From the NCBI GenBank assembly GCA_965226495.1, contig OZ245365.1, positions 480,001 to 544,000 on the forward strand: a DNA stretch of 64,000 bases. Direction: 5' to 3'. This DNA comes from Candidatus Marinacidobacterales bacterium (GTDB lineage Bacteria > Acidobacteriota > Vicinamibacteria > Marinacidobacterales > DATDRI01). The position numbers and the translations under genes were made by a program. The notes beneath the pieces are model-generated. The model saw nothing but the letters and a program-made list of their open reading frames with translations, was not told where the DNA came from and did not search any database. Below, one piece after another: positions 20,574-29,742 of this stretch (position 1 is the first letter of the stretch; every line of letters begins with the position of its first letter).

Positions 20574-23543
20574 CTATTTCGCCACATAGGCTCGCGCCTC
20601 TTTCAACTCTGGTAATCCCTCATCCGCGTCCTTCCAATATTCGAGAAACCGCTCGTACTCCGCCCGAGCGCCGTCTTTGTCGCCCGACGCATCGAGCAGC
20701 CGCGCCGTCTCGAGCACGAAAAGCGGCTCGAACATCGCGACCCACTTGTTGGCCACGTCGGGCTTGTTGAGCTTTCGGTAGATGGCAATCGCACCCGCCA
20801 GGTCGCCACGCGCCTTCCTGATTCGCGCCAGGCCGTCGCGGAACGGGAGATGGTTTCCGAACAGGCTGAACACCGGTCCGCCCGCGCTGAAGCCCATCTT
20901 GATCACCGGTTCCGCTTCGGTGAAGGCCGACTCGGCGGCATCGAGGTCGGATGCTGCAAGAGCGTTCTCACCGCGGAGTGATTCATAAACGAAGTTCTCC
21001 CATCGATCTCCGGGATCATAGAGCTCCGCCGCGGCTTCCTCATACCCCCTTGCTTTTTCCAGATTCCCGCGGCGTGCCTCTGACGCACCGCGGAACAGAT
21101 TGGATCCAAGCGAAACGTTACGACTGGGCGTCGGAAGTTGGGCGTTCAATCCCTCCGCGAGACCCGACTCTCTGAAGCTCCGGTCGAAATCTCCTCTTTC
21201 GAATGCCAGCCAACCGGACAACTGGCGCGCGCTGATTTGCGCCAACAAGTTGCCTTGCGCAACTCCGAGATCGAGCCCCTCTCGCAATTTCCCTTCCGCT
21301 TCCCGAAAGCGGCCCTGACGAGAGAGCGTATAGGCGTCCATGAAGAAATAGGTTGTCGCCGGAAAATAGGGATCCGCTGACTCGGCCCCCTTGGCCCGTT
21401 CGGCAAGGGCTTCATCGAACCGGCCCAGCATCGCAAAGGCCCAAGCCCGGTTGGCCCGCATCACTCCCAACGAATCATCTACCTCGAGCGCGCGGGCATA
21501 CTTTTCGAGCGCCTCTTCCGGCTGACCCATGATGAGGTAGGCCTCCGCGAGGCTGTCGTAAGGGTTGGCCACGTCCGGTTCGAGCTCGACATACATCTCG
21601 AACTGCCGGATCGCCTGAGGATAGCGGCCCCGTGCGAGCAGCACATAGGCGTAGTCGTTACGCAAAACTCCCGAGCGGGGCAACGCCTCGACACCTCGCT
21701 CTCGCGTTTCCAGAACCTTGTCGAACTGGTTGAGACGAAGGTAGAGCCTGGAAAGGATGATGTAGGCATCTTGCTCATCGGGATACTGAGAGACGAGGGT
21801 CTCCAAGAGCTCGACGGCCTTGTCCAAGTCGCCCTCGAGCGTCTGAGCGAACCGGGCTTGAACGAGAAGTTTCTGTCTTTCCGGTAGCCGATCCAGGTGC
21901 TCCGCTAGTTTTTTCCGGTACGGTTCACTGAGATGGACGTCTCCCCGTCGCCGCGCCTCATCCCAGAGCTCGTAGTGGGCCATGGCGAAGGACGAGTCGA
22001 TGGCAACGGCCTGTTCGAATAATTTTCTGGCATCCTCCCTGCGCATTTGCCTTCGTGCTTCCAAGCCCTCGCTGTAGAGCTGGAAGGCTTCGAGAGACGG
22101 CGTCGTAACGTCGGCGACCGGACGGACGTTGGGCTGATCGCCTAAATCGAGGCTGTCGCGGATCCGGCTGGTAAGCTGGTCGACGAGCGGAAAGACGTCC
22201 TGGCCCTGGACGCTTTCCGCAGAAAGTACGCGTCCCGTCCTGACGTCCTGCAATTGAACGTCGATGCGAATGTTGTCTCCGGACTTGAAGATGCTTCCGA
22301 CGACGACCGCCCCCGCCCCCGCTTTGCGCGCGACCTCATCGACCAGGCTCAGATCGATGCTGTCTAGGTCGTCTTGTCCAATGTCCTTCAGAATCTTTTG
22401 GATTCGCTGGCTGCTGACCACATCGAGTCCGGGCGTTTGCGCCAGGTTGGTGATCAGCATGTTGGGCAGTCCTTTGGAGAGCCAACGGACTTCCTCGTCG
22501 CCGCTCATACTCTCGAAATACAGGACCGCGACCGCCGGGCGACCCGAGGCGCCGATTCCGGTAGGTTCGGGATCTCCGCGGAAGATTGACCAGCCCACGA
22601 CGACACCGAGTAACGCCACCGCGGCGACCGCAACCCACTGCCACGGGAACCTGCCCGCGGCAGGAGCCGCGACGGCTTCCCGCGACGTGCTCAAGAGCTC
22701 TTCGCGAAGCTCTTTCAGATCGATCGCTAGGTCCTTCATGCTCTGGTAGCGTTCGTTGAGCTCCTTGGCCATGGCCTTTTTCAAGACGCGGCGGACGTCA
22801 GGCTGGAGCTCGGCGGAAGACTTGAGGGCTGGCGGTGTTTCGTTCAGGACCGCACTCATGCTTTCGGCGAGGCTCTTCTTGCGAAAGGGGGAGTTGCCCG
22901 CGAGCATTTCGTAGAGCACCACCCCGAAAGAAAAGATGTCGGTCCGGGCATCGATGGCCTCGCCCCGCGCCTGCTCGGGCGACATGTAGGAGATGGTTCC
23001 CATCACCGAGCCATCTTTCGTCTTGAGCTTGGTCTCGGCATCTTCCCGCGCTTCGGCGCCCGGGACGAATGGCTCGAGGAGCTTCGCCAGACCGAAGTCG
23101 ATAATCTTGGCGTAACCGTCTTCAGAGACCAAGATGTTATCGGGCTTGATATCGCGGTGCACGACACCTCGGTCGTGCGCCTTAGCCAACCCGTCGGCGA
23201 TTTGGTGTCCGAGCTCGAGCGAACGACGGAGGTTGAGCCTGTTGGATTCGATGAGCTCCTTGAGACTTTGTCCCGGGATGTACTCCATGGCGATGAACGT
23301 ACGCCCATCGGCTTCGTCGATGTCATAGACCGCGGCGATGTGAGGATGTTGGATGGCAGCAGCGGCCCGAGCTTCCTGAATGAAGCGCTGCTTTCGTTCG
23401 TCGTCGCGGGTGAGGTCTTCAGAGAGGAACTTGAGGGACACCTGACGCTTCAGCTTGGTGTCCTCGGCGAGGTACACCGCGCCCATACCACCTTCCCCGA
23501 TCTTCTCGAGGATCTTGTAGTGCGAAACGGTTGTGCCGATCAC
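20574..23543 (-). CDS. Ser/Thr protein kinase - TM - TolB_N-like - TPR (paralog 4)
   Basis: Same motifs. Start GTG 23543 (VIGTTVSHY); the ORF-track extension MHSPSPLWGEGWGEG is translated REP sequence. Confidence 0.92.
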   Translation of the reverse strand: MIGTTVSHYKILEKIGEGGMGAVYLAEDTKLKRQVSLKFLSEDLTRDDERKQRFIQEARAAAAIQHPHIAAVYDIDEADGRTFIAMEYIPGQSLKELIESNRLNLRRSLELGHQIADGLAKAHDRGVVHRDIKPDNILVSEDGYAKIIDFGLAKLLEPFVPGAEAREDAETKLKTKDGSVMGTISYMSPEQARGEAIDARTDIFSFGVVLYEMLAGNSPFRKKSLAESMSAVLNETPPALKSSAELQPDVRRVLKKAMAKELNERYQSMKDLAIDLKELREELLSTSREAVAAPAAGRFPWQWVAVAAVALLGVVVGWSIFRGDPEPTGIGASGRPAVAVLYFESMSGDEEVRWLSKGLPNMLITNLAQTPGLDVVSSQRIQKILKDIGQDDLDSIDLSLVDEVARKAGAGAVVVGSIFKSGDNIRIDVQLQDVRTGRVLSAESVQGQDVFPLVDQLTSRIRDSLDLGDQPNVRPVADVTTPSLEAFQLYSEGLEARRQMRREDARKLFEQAVAIDSSFAMAHYELWDEARRRGDVHLSEPYRKKLAEHLDRLPERQKLLVQARFAQTLEGDLDKAVELLETLVSQYPDEQDAYIILSRLYLRLNQFDKVLETRERGVEALPRSGVLRNDYAYVLLARGRYPQAIRQFEMYVELEPDVANPYDSLAEAYLIMGQPEEALEKYARALEVDDSLGVMRANRAWAFAMLGRFDEALAERAKGAESADPYFPATTYFFMDAYTLSRQGRFREAEGKLREGLDLGVAQGNLLAQISARQLSGWLAFERGDFDRSFRESGLAEGLNAQLPTPSRNVSLGSNLFRGASEARRGNLEKARGYEEAAAELYDPGDRWENFVYESLRGENALAASDLDAAESAFTEAEPVIKMGFSAGGPVFSLFGNHLPFRDGLARIRKARGDLAGAIAIYRKLNKPDVANKWVAMFEPLFVLETARLLDASGDKDGARAEYERFLEYWKDADEGLPELKEARAYVAK

Positions 23544-23546
23544 GAG

Positions 23547-23637
23547 CCCCTCACCCCAACCCTCTCCCCAAAGGGGAGAGGGAGAATGCAATTCCCGAAT
23601 GTCGTCTTTCTCCCTCTCCCCCTCGGGGGTGAGGGGG
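23547..23637. repeat. Inverted doublet of REP-like elements (full copy plus shorter inverted copy)
   Basis: cccctcaccccaaccctctccccaaaggggagagggagaa (23547-23586) ... ttctccctctccccctcgggggtgaggggg (23608-23637). Confidence 0.8.
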
Positions 23638-23641
23638 TCGC

Positions 23642-25370
23642 TTATTTAGCAACATACGCCCTCGCTTCTTTCAATTCCGGTAACCCCTCATCGGCATCCT
23701 TCCAGAGCGCCAGAAACCGCTCGTACTCGGTGCGCGCTCCGTCCTTGTCGTCCATCTCGTCGAGTAACCGCGCCATCTCCAGCACGTAGCGGGGCTCCAA
23801 CATGGAAGTCCACTTGGCGTCGAGTCCAGGCTTATTGAGCTTGGCGTAGAGCTGGACCGCGCCAGGCAGATCGCCCTGCGCTTTCTTCACGCGGGCTACA
23901 CCGTCGCGAAACGGGAGGTTGTTCCGAAATGCACTTCTGCGAACCTGACCCATACTGAACCACATTTTCCCCTCCGGCTCCCCGGCCAAAAACGCGATCT
24001 CAGCGGCCGCGAGGTCGCTCTCTCCGAGAGAGATCTCCCCCGCCAGCGAGTGGTGGAACCAGTTCTCCCAAACACTCTGATCGTTGTACAGGCTTTGCTG
24101 AGCCTCGAGACGGGTGCGAGCCGCATCGATATCACCGGATCGGGCTTCCGCCGTGCCTCTTAGCAGATAGGCGATCAACGTCAGATGGTGTCGCGTATCG
24201 CCGGTGAGCTCCGCAAGAACCCGCTCCGCCCGCTCGGCACTCGCGATCGCTTTGGCGTAGTCTTCTCTCTCCAGCAACAACGTGGAGTAAAGAAGCTCGA
24301 GCTGCGCCTGGATTTCGAAATCGTCACCACTCTTCGCGAGCTGGATACCCTGTTGCAGACCGGCCTCGGCCTCACGGTAGCGGCCGACCCGAGATTGAGC
24401 CAAGGCGTTCAGAAAAAGAATTTCCGTGGGCGGAAGGCCTTCCCTCATCTGCAAGTCGAGGACACTCCCCCATTCGTCGAGGGTCTCATCGAAAAGACCC
24501 AGCATTCCGAATGCCCAGCCACGACTCTGGTGGGAAAGGTAGAAAGATGGATCCAATTCCAGTGTCCTCGCGTACTCTTCGAGCGCCCTCTCCGGTTGAC
24601 CTGAGATGAGATACGCCTCGGCCAAGCTGTCGTGTGGATTCGCCTCGGTGGGACTGAGCTCAGCATACTTCTGAAACTCTCGTATCGCGTCCATGTAGCG
24701 ACCATGCCAGATCAGCTCGTAACCGTAGGCGTTGCGGAGGAATCCGGAATTCGGCAAAGCTTGCAGAGCTTGTTCCGCGGCAGCCAGCGATTCGTCGAAC
24801 CTGCCCGAGTCACGGTAGAAGTTCGCAAGCTGGTTGTGGGCCTCTTCCTCGTCCGGATAGAGGGAAACGAGATCCTCCAGCAATCGCACGGCCTCGTTGG
24901 CGTCACCAACGATCTCCCAGGCATGCACCGCTTGCACCAAGAGCACTTGGCGATCCGGTAGCCGGTCGATATGTTGAAGCGCTTTTTCCAGATAGCGGTT
25001 CGCATCACCCGACTGGCCGAGTCTGCGTGTGACGATCGACAGCTCGAGGTAGGCCAAGGCGAACCAGGGATCGATCTTCACCGCTTCCTCTAGAAGTCGG
25101 CGCGCATCGACCCAGCGCACGTTGGTACGTGCGGCTAGCCCCTCGGAGTAGAGTTTGAAGGCTTCCGGCGAATCCGTGGTCACATCGGCGATGGGGCGAT
25201 CGGCTGCTTGATCGGCAATGTCGAGGCTCGACCGAATGCGATCGGAGAGCTGGTCGACGAGTGGGAACACGTCCTTGCCACGCACGCTTTCTGCCGAAAG
25301 GACTCGCCCGCTATTGACATCCTCGATCTGGACGTCGATCCTTATTTCCTCGCCAAGCTTGAAGATACCG
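23642..25370 (-). pseudogene. 5'-truncated fifth kinase-TPR paralog (kinase, TM and most of the TolB_N domain missing)
   Basis: Homology to the paralogs starts abruptly at GIFKLGEEIRIDVQ; the C-terminus WKDADEGLPELKEARAYVAK is identical to paralog 4. Confidence 0.8.
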
Positions 25371-26863
25371 TGCTCCATACGTGGCGGGCGCTCCTCAATC
25401 TTCTTCTCGGCTGGGGGCTCTACCGAGCGGTGCGCCGCACTTTTGTCGGCGAGTCACTGAATATCCTTGGCGCCGCCTTCGGCGTGGGCCTCGCCGTGGC
25501 GCTAGTTTTCGGCTTGGCCGAGCATGCGGGACTCGTCGACCTGGGCTCCTATCGGGCCATCGGAGGCCCGCTCTACGAGACGCGGCTACATTCCTTCTTT
25601 TTCCATTCCGGATGGTTCGCTGAATATGTTGTGGTGGCCTTGCCCTTCGCCGTCGCGTCCACGATGGTGGGAGGTGCTCGGAGAAGAAGACTCGGGTTGG
25701 CCCTCCTCGTCCTCGCTTTGGTGGCCCTGCCCTTCACCGAACAACGTGGCGCGTGGTTTGCGGCGCTTGCGCAACTGGCTGTGCTAGCGAGCTTCTCCGG
25801 CGCTCGGTTGCTTCGCGACCGCCGTGGGCTCTGGCCTATCGTCACGGTAGCGCTGGGTGTGGTCGCGGTCGGCTCGGTTCTGATGATCTCGCGGCCGGAG
25901 ACAGCCTCGCCCTTGCTCAATCGCCTGGGTGAGAGCACAGCGAATCTGTCGGGAAGGCCTCACCTGTGGTCGGTTTCCGCTCGGATGCTGGCGGAGCGTC
26001 CGTTGCTGGGATGGGGGCTCGGCGCTTTCGCGCCAGCCTACGATCTCGTTCATCCTCGAGGGTCGACCGAAGCTTGGCCTTACCGCGACACTTCTCACAG
26101 CTTGTATTTCCATGTCGGAGCGGAGCGGGGTTTACTCGGACTGCTGGCCCTGGGTGTACTTGTGTGCGCTCTGGTTATAGGTTTTCGTTACTGCGTCAAG
26201 AGCAACAGACATTCCGAGAGTGCCATTGCAGTGGGTTTGTTGATCAGTGCTGTTGGATTCGCGGTCAACGGACTGGTTCAATACATGTTCTATTTAAGGA
26301 ACATCGAGTGGCTCTTCTGGATTTTCCTCGGCGCGGCCTCACTGCTCTCCGGATCCCACCGGCCTCGTTGGTTGGACCGAATTGCTCAGATGCTGATCAT
26401 TGCGACCGTGATGCTTCTGCCGTGGCGAGCGTTCTGGCTGGAAGCAATCCCCGGCCCTGGAGACCGGAGCTTTGGTTTTCATGAGCTCGAGCCGAGCAAC
26501 GGTGGGAACGTGCAGTGGTCCAGCAGTCATGCGGCGAGATGGCTGCGCTGGGAGGATGAGATCCTGGTTGTGAAGCTCGCGAATGGGCATCCTCGGGCGA
26601 GCGAACACCCGGCCGAGGTGATCCTTCGAATCGACGGTCGCGAGCAGTTCAGAGAGACACTGCGAGGTGGCTGGCAGGAGCACCGGGTGGAGCTCGGACC
26701 TCCTCGGAGGGATGGCGTTGTCGTGGAATGGGAGGTCCAACCCACCTTTCGTCCTTTTGTTGAGTTCAGAAACTACCCTGACCTTACGCCTTCTATCGAC
26801 GTCCGCGCTCTTGGGATCGCGGTGGGTGAGATTCGATGGGAATCCGCGACGAGTCCTGATTAA
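25370..26863 (+). pseudogene. O-antigen ligase (Wzy_C)-like membrane protein, 5'-truncated
   Basis: RLHSFFFHSGWFAEY, TEQRGAW, GR..LW...ML.ERPLLGWGLGAF, HSLYFHVGAERGLLGL. No credible start: the ORF-track N-terminus (25208-25370) is the antisense of the kinase paralog. Confidence 0.7.
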
Positions 26864-26884
26864 GGAAAACTCGAAGTGCTCTAG
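26787..26884 (+). repeat. About 100-bp direct repeat, left copy
   Basis: cgccttctatcgac...gggatcgcggtgggtgagattcg...cctgattaagg..aactcgaagtg.tctag recurs at 28184-28279. Confidence 0.85.
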
Positions 26885-28152
26885 TGTGGTACCATGTCGC
26901 TCTATCCGGCTTCCATTCCAAGCCTATCACTTCCGAGAGAGAGATCCGCTCCATGGTAAGAGGCCATTTGCTACGAGGGCACCTCGATATTTGCCATAAG
27001 GAAGGTGGTCAGCTTGAGCTTCTCGGTTGGGTCTTTCACGAGACCGAACGGTTGACTCATGTTTCTGTTCTGGTGGATTCGGTCGAATGGGTCTCCGATT
27101 TGGAATTGCGAGAAGATCGTCCCGATGTGCAAAAGATATTTCACCAGTGTCGAACCGCGTCTCGATGTAGCATCAAGGTCGTTGCACCGGCAGGCAGTGT
27201 GGAGCTGGAAGATTCCAGGACAGTCATATCGTTTGTCGCGAAGCAGGGGGAACGGGAGATTGGGAACATCGATTTACTTTACTGCGACCCAGCCCTAGAA
27301 ACGCGGACGCCTCCATTGCCTCCGCAGGTGCTGAGGGAGCGGGTTCGCGGTACTGGCGCACGCGACGCGGAATTCCTTCAAAATGGCTGGCGCATCTACT
27401 CGGATCTCCGCCGTGTTCTCGACCGTCACAGCAGGGTCGAGGATTTCGGGCGCATACTCGATTGGGGTTGCGGCTGCGGCCGTGTCTCCCGTCACTTCAT
27501 GAATGCGGTGCCCCATTCCAGTTTCTTTGGCTGCGACATCGACAGCGATGCCATCGACTGGATGGAGCAGGTCTACCCGACGTCCCGGTTCGATGCCATT
27601 CGACCCCTTCCTCCCACCCCTTACCAGAACGAATTCTTCGACTTGGTCTACGGCGTCTCCATTCTTACCCATCTCGATGAGGCCACCCAGTTCCGGTGGC
27701 TCGATGAGCTTCGGCGCATCATTACCAAGGACGGTGTTGTCGCGGTCTCGATCCTTGACGAATCATCGTGTCCAACCGAATTGCTCCCGCTGGTGAAAGC
27801 GAAGGGCTTCTTTGATGAGCCAAGTCGACAGAGCGCTGACTTTGCCCCTTTCTCGGACGAGGACTACTACCGAGCGACCTATCACAGCAAAGCTTATGTC
27901 ATGGAACGATGGTCGAAAGGCTTCGAAATCCTCGAGTATGTGGAGGGGGGAATCGTATCCCACCAGTCGCTGGTCCTTATGCGCCGGCGGGACGAGGGTT
28001 CGAGTGTGGATGTGTCTCGCGAGGTTGAGTGGCGGGGAAAAACAAGCGCCCTCGAGTCATTAAGGATCTTCTATTGCCTAACTTGGTATCGCGTCCGGCG
28101 TCTTCTTGGAAGGCTGTGGAGGAAGCTCGGCTGGGCTCGAGAGCATCCATAA
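26884..28152 (+). CDS. Class I SAM-dependent methyltransferase (glycan-locus type); start may be ATG 26953
   Basis: ILDWGCGCGR, GCDID, FDLVYGVSILTHL, WLDEL.RI motifs. Confidence 0.85.
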   Translation: MWYHVALSGFHSKPITSEREIRSMVRGHLLRGHLDICHKEGGQLELLGWVFHETERLTHVSVLVDSVEWVSDLELREDRPDVQKIFHQCRTASRCSIKVVAPAGSVELEDSRTVISFVAKQGEREIGNIDLLYCDPALETRTPPLPPQVLRERVRGTGARDAEFLQNGWRIYSDLRRVLDRHSRVEDFGRILDWGCGCGRVSRHFMNAVPHSSFFGCDIDSDAIDWMEQVYPTSRFDAIRPLPPTPYQNEFFDLVYGVSILTHLDEATQFRWLDELRRIITKDGVVAVSILDESSCPTELLPLVKAKGFFDEPSRQSADFAPFSDEDYYRATYHSKAYVMERWSKGFEILEYVEGGIVSHQSLVLMRRRDEGSSVDVSREVEWRGKTSALESLRIFYCLTWYRVRRLLGRLWRKLGWAREHP

Positions 28153-28183
28153 GGTGAGACCAACCTTTCATGCCACTCCGACC

Positions 28184-28279
28184 CGCCTTCTATCGACATC
28201 CGCGCTTGGGATCGCGGTGGGTGAGATTCGGTGGGAATCTGCCGACGGGTCCTGATTAAGGCAACTCGAAGTGTTCTAG
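28184..28279 (+). repeat. About 100-bp direct repeat, right copy
   Basis: Matches 26787-26884 with a few substitutions and small indels; includes the true 3' end of the E2 gene. Confidence 0.85.
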
Positions 28280-29728
28280 ATTCAATCTGACGCGCTCGAT
28301 GAATTGAAACCCGGTGGCTCCATCGATGATGCGGTGGTCGAGCGTCAGAGCGAGGACCATGATGGGCCGGATGCCGATCGCATCCTCGATAACCACAGGT
28401 TTCTTCTGGATGGCTCCGAGGCCCAGAATTGCCACCTGGGGCTGAACGATCATCGGGGTTCCGGTGAGGCCCCCGAACATGCCGGGGTTGGTGACGGTGA
28501 AGGTCGCCCCCTGCACTTCGTCGACGGAGAGCTCTTTGTTACGGGCGCGGGTGGCGACGTCGTGCATAGCGCGGGCCAAGCCCACGAAATTCATCTCATC
28601 GGCGTTATGAATGACGGGGACGATGAGTCCCTCGTCGAGGGCGACCGCGATTCCAAGATGGACGTGCTTTTTCATCACGATCTTCCCGGGTAGCGCCGAG
28701 GCATTGAAGATGGGGAACTCCTTGATGGCCTTGATGGTAGCTTCGGCCACGAAGGGGAGAAAGGTGAGAGGAACTCCCTCGGCGGCCTCGAAGTCGCCTT
28801 TGTGCTCATTGCGGTAAGTGACGATGCGATGCATGTCGCATTCGCTGAAAGACGTCACCTGAGCCGAGATCCGCTGGCTCCACATCATGTGCTCGGCGAT
28901 CTTCTTGCGCATCGTGCTCATGGGCACGATGGTGTCTTCGGGCTCGGGTTTATAGAGATACTCCTTGGGAGTCTCGTCGGTCTCGCGCGCCGCGGGTAGC
29001 GCCTCCGCGGGTGGGGCGGGGACCAAAGCCTGAGGCGGGTAAGGCGACGGCACGGCGAAGGGATTCGGTGCGTGCGGGTAGTAGGTCGGCGGCCAGGAGT
29101 AGGCCGCCGTTGGAGGCGGATAGCCTGGCGGCGGGCCAGCCGCGGGTTGCTGCGGAGCCGGCGGTTGAGCGTGAGCTCGCTGTTCTAGGTAGCTTCTCAC
29201 ATCCTTTTTGCGGATGCGGCCACCGATTCCGGTTCCGGGAATCCTTAGGAGCTCTTCCATCGGGATCTGGTTGTCGGCGGCCAGAGCCAGGACCGCTGGC
29301 GACAAGGTGCCTTTCTTTTCTCCTGTGCTTGCAGTTGGCCGACTCGGGGCAGCCTGTCTTCTTTGAAACGTTGTGGGCCTGTGCGGCTCACTGAAATGCC
29401 CGCTGTCCGAGCCACCACCGGAGGGCGGGGCGTCTTCCTTTGCTTCTCTGGAAGGCGTTTCAGGTGCCGGCACGGTTTCTGACGCCGCACCACCTGAACC
29501 GATGACGCCGACCACGGTCTCGACGGCGACGGTCTCGCCTTCTTGAACGAGGATCTTCTCGAGGACGCCCGCCGCGGGTGCAGGGATTTCGGTGTCGACT
29601 TTATCGGTCGAGATCTCGAACAACGGCTCGTCCCGCTCGACTCTTTCTCCTACCTTCTTGTACCACTTGGTGACCGTTCCTTCGGAAAGGCTTTCGCCCA
29701 TCTGGGGCATGACAACGGGTGTTGGCAT
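28256..29728 (-). CDS. 2-oxoacid dehydrogenase E2, dihydrolipoamide acyltransferase
   Basis: Lipoyl motif STDKVDTE, E3-binding GTGIGGRIRKKDV, catalytic DHRIIDG. Confidence 0.93.
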   Translation of the reverse strand: MPTPVVMPQMGESLSEGTVTKWYKKVGERVERDEPLFEISTDKVDTEIPAPAAGVLEKILVQEGETVAVETVVGVIGSGGAASETVPAPETPSREAKEDAPPSGGGSDSGHFSEPHRPTTFQRRQAAPSRPTASTGEKKGTLSPAVLALAADNQIPMEELLRIPGTGIGGRIRKKDVRSYLEQRAHAQPPAPQQPAAGPPPGYPPPTAAYSWPPTYYPHAPNPFAVPSPYPPQALVPAPPAEALPAARETDETPKEYLYKPEPEDTIVPMSTMRKKIAEHMMWSQRISAQVTSFSECDMHRIVTYRNEHKGDFEAAEGVPLTFLPFVAEATIKAIKEFPIFNASALPGKIVMKKHVHLGIAVALDEGLIVPVIHNADEMNFVGLARAMHDVATRARNKELSVDEVQGATFTVTNPGMFGGLTGTPMIVQPQVAILGLGAIQKKPVVIEDAIGIRPIMVLALTLDHRIIDGATGFQFIERVRLNLEHFELP

Positions 29729-29742
29729 CCTTCGTATTCTCC

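Noticed and set aside
11330-25370. Diversity-generating retroelement acting on the kinase array
   Set aside because: No reverse transcriptase and no template/variable repeat pair with adenine-specific differences; the differences are mostly synonymous.
25208-25370. Genuine overlapping N-terminus of the O-antigen ligase-like ORF
   Set aside because: It is the antisense reading of conserved kinase-paralog sequence, not membrane-protein-like.
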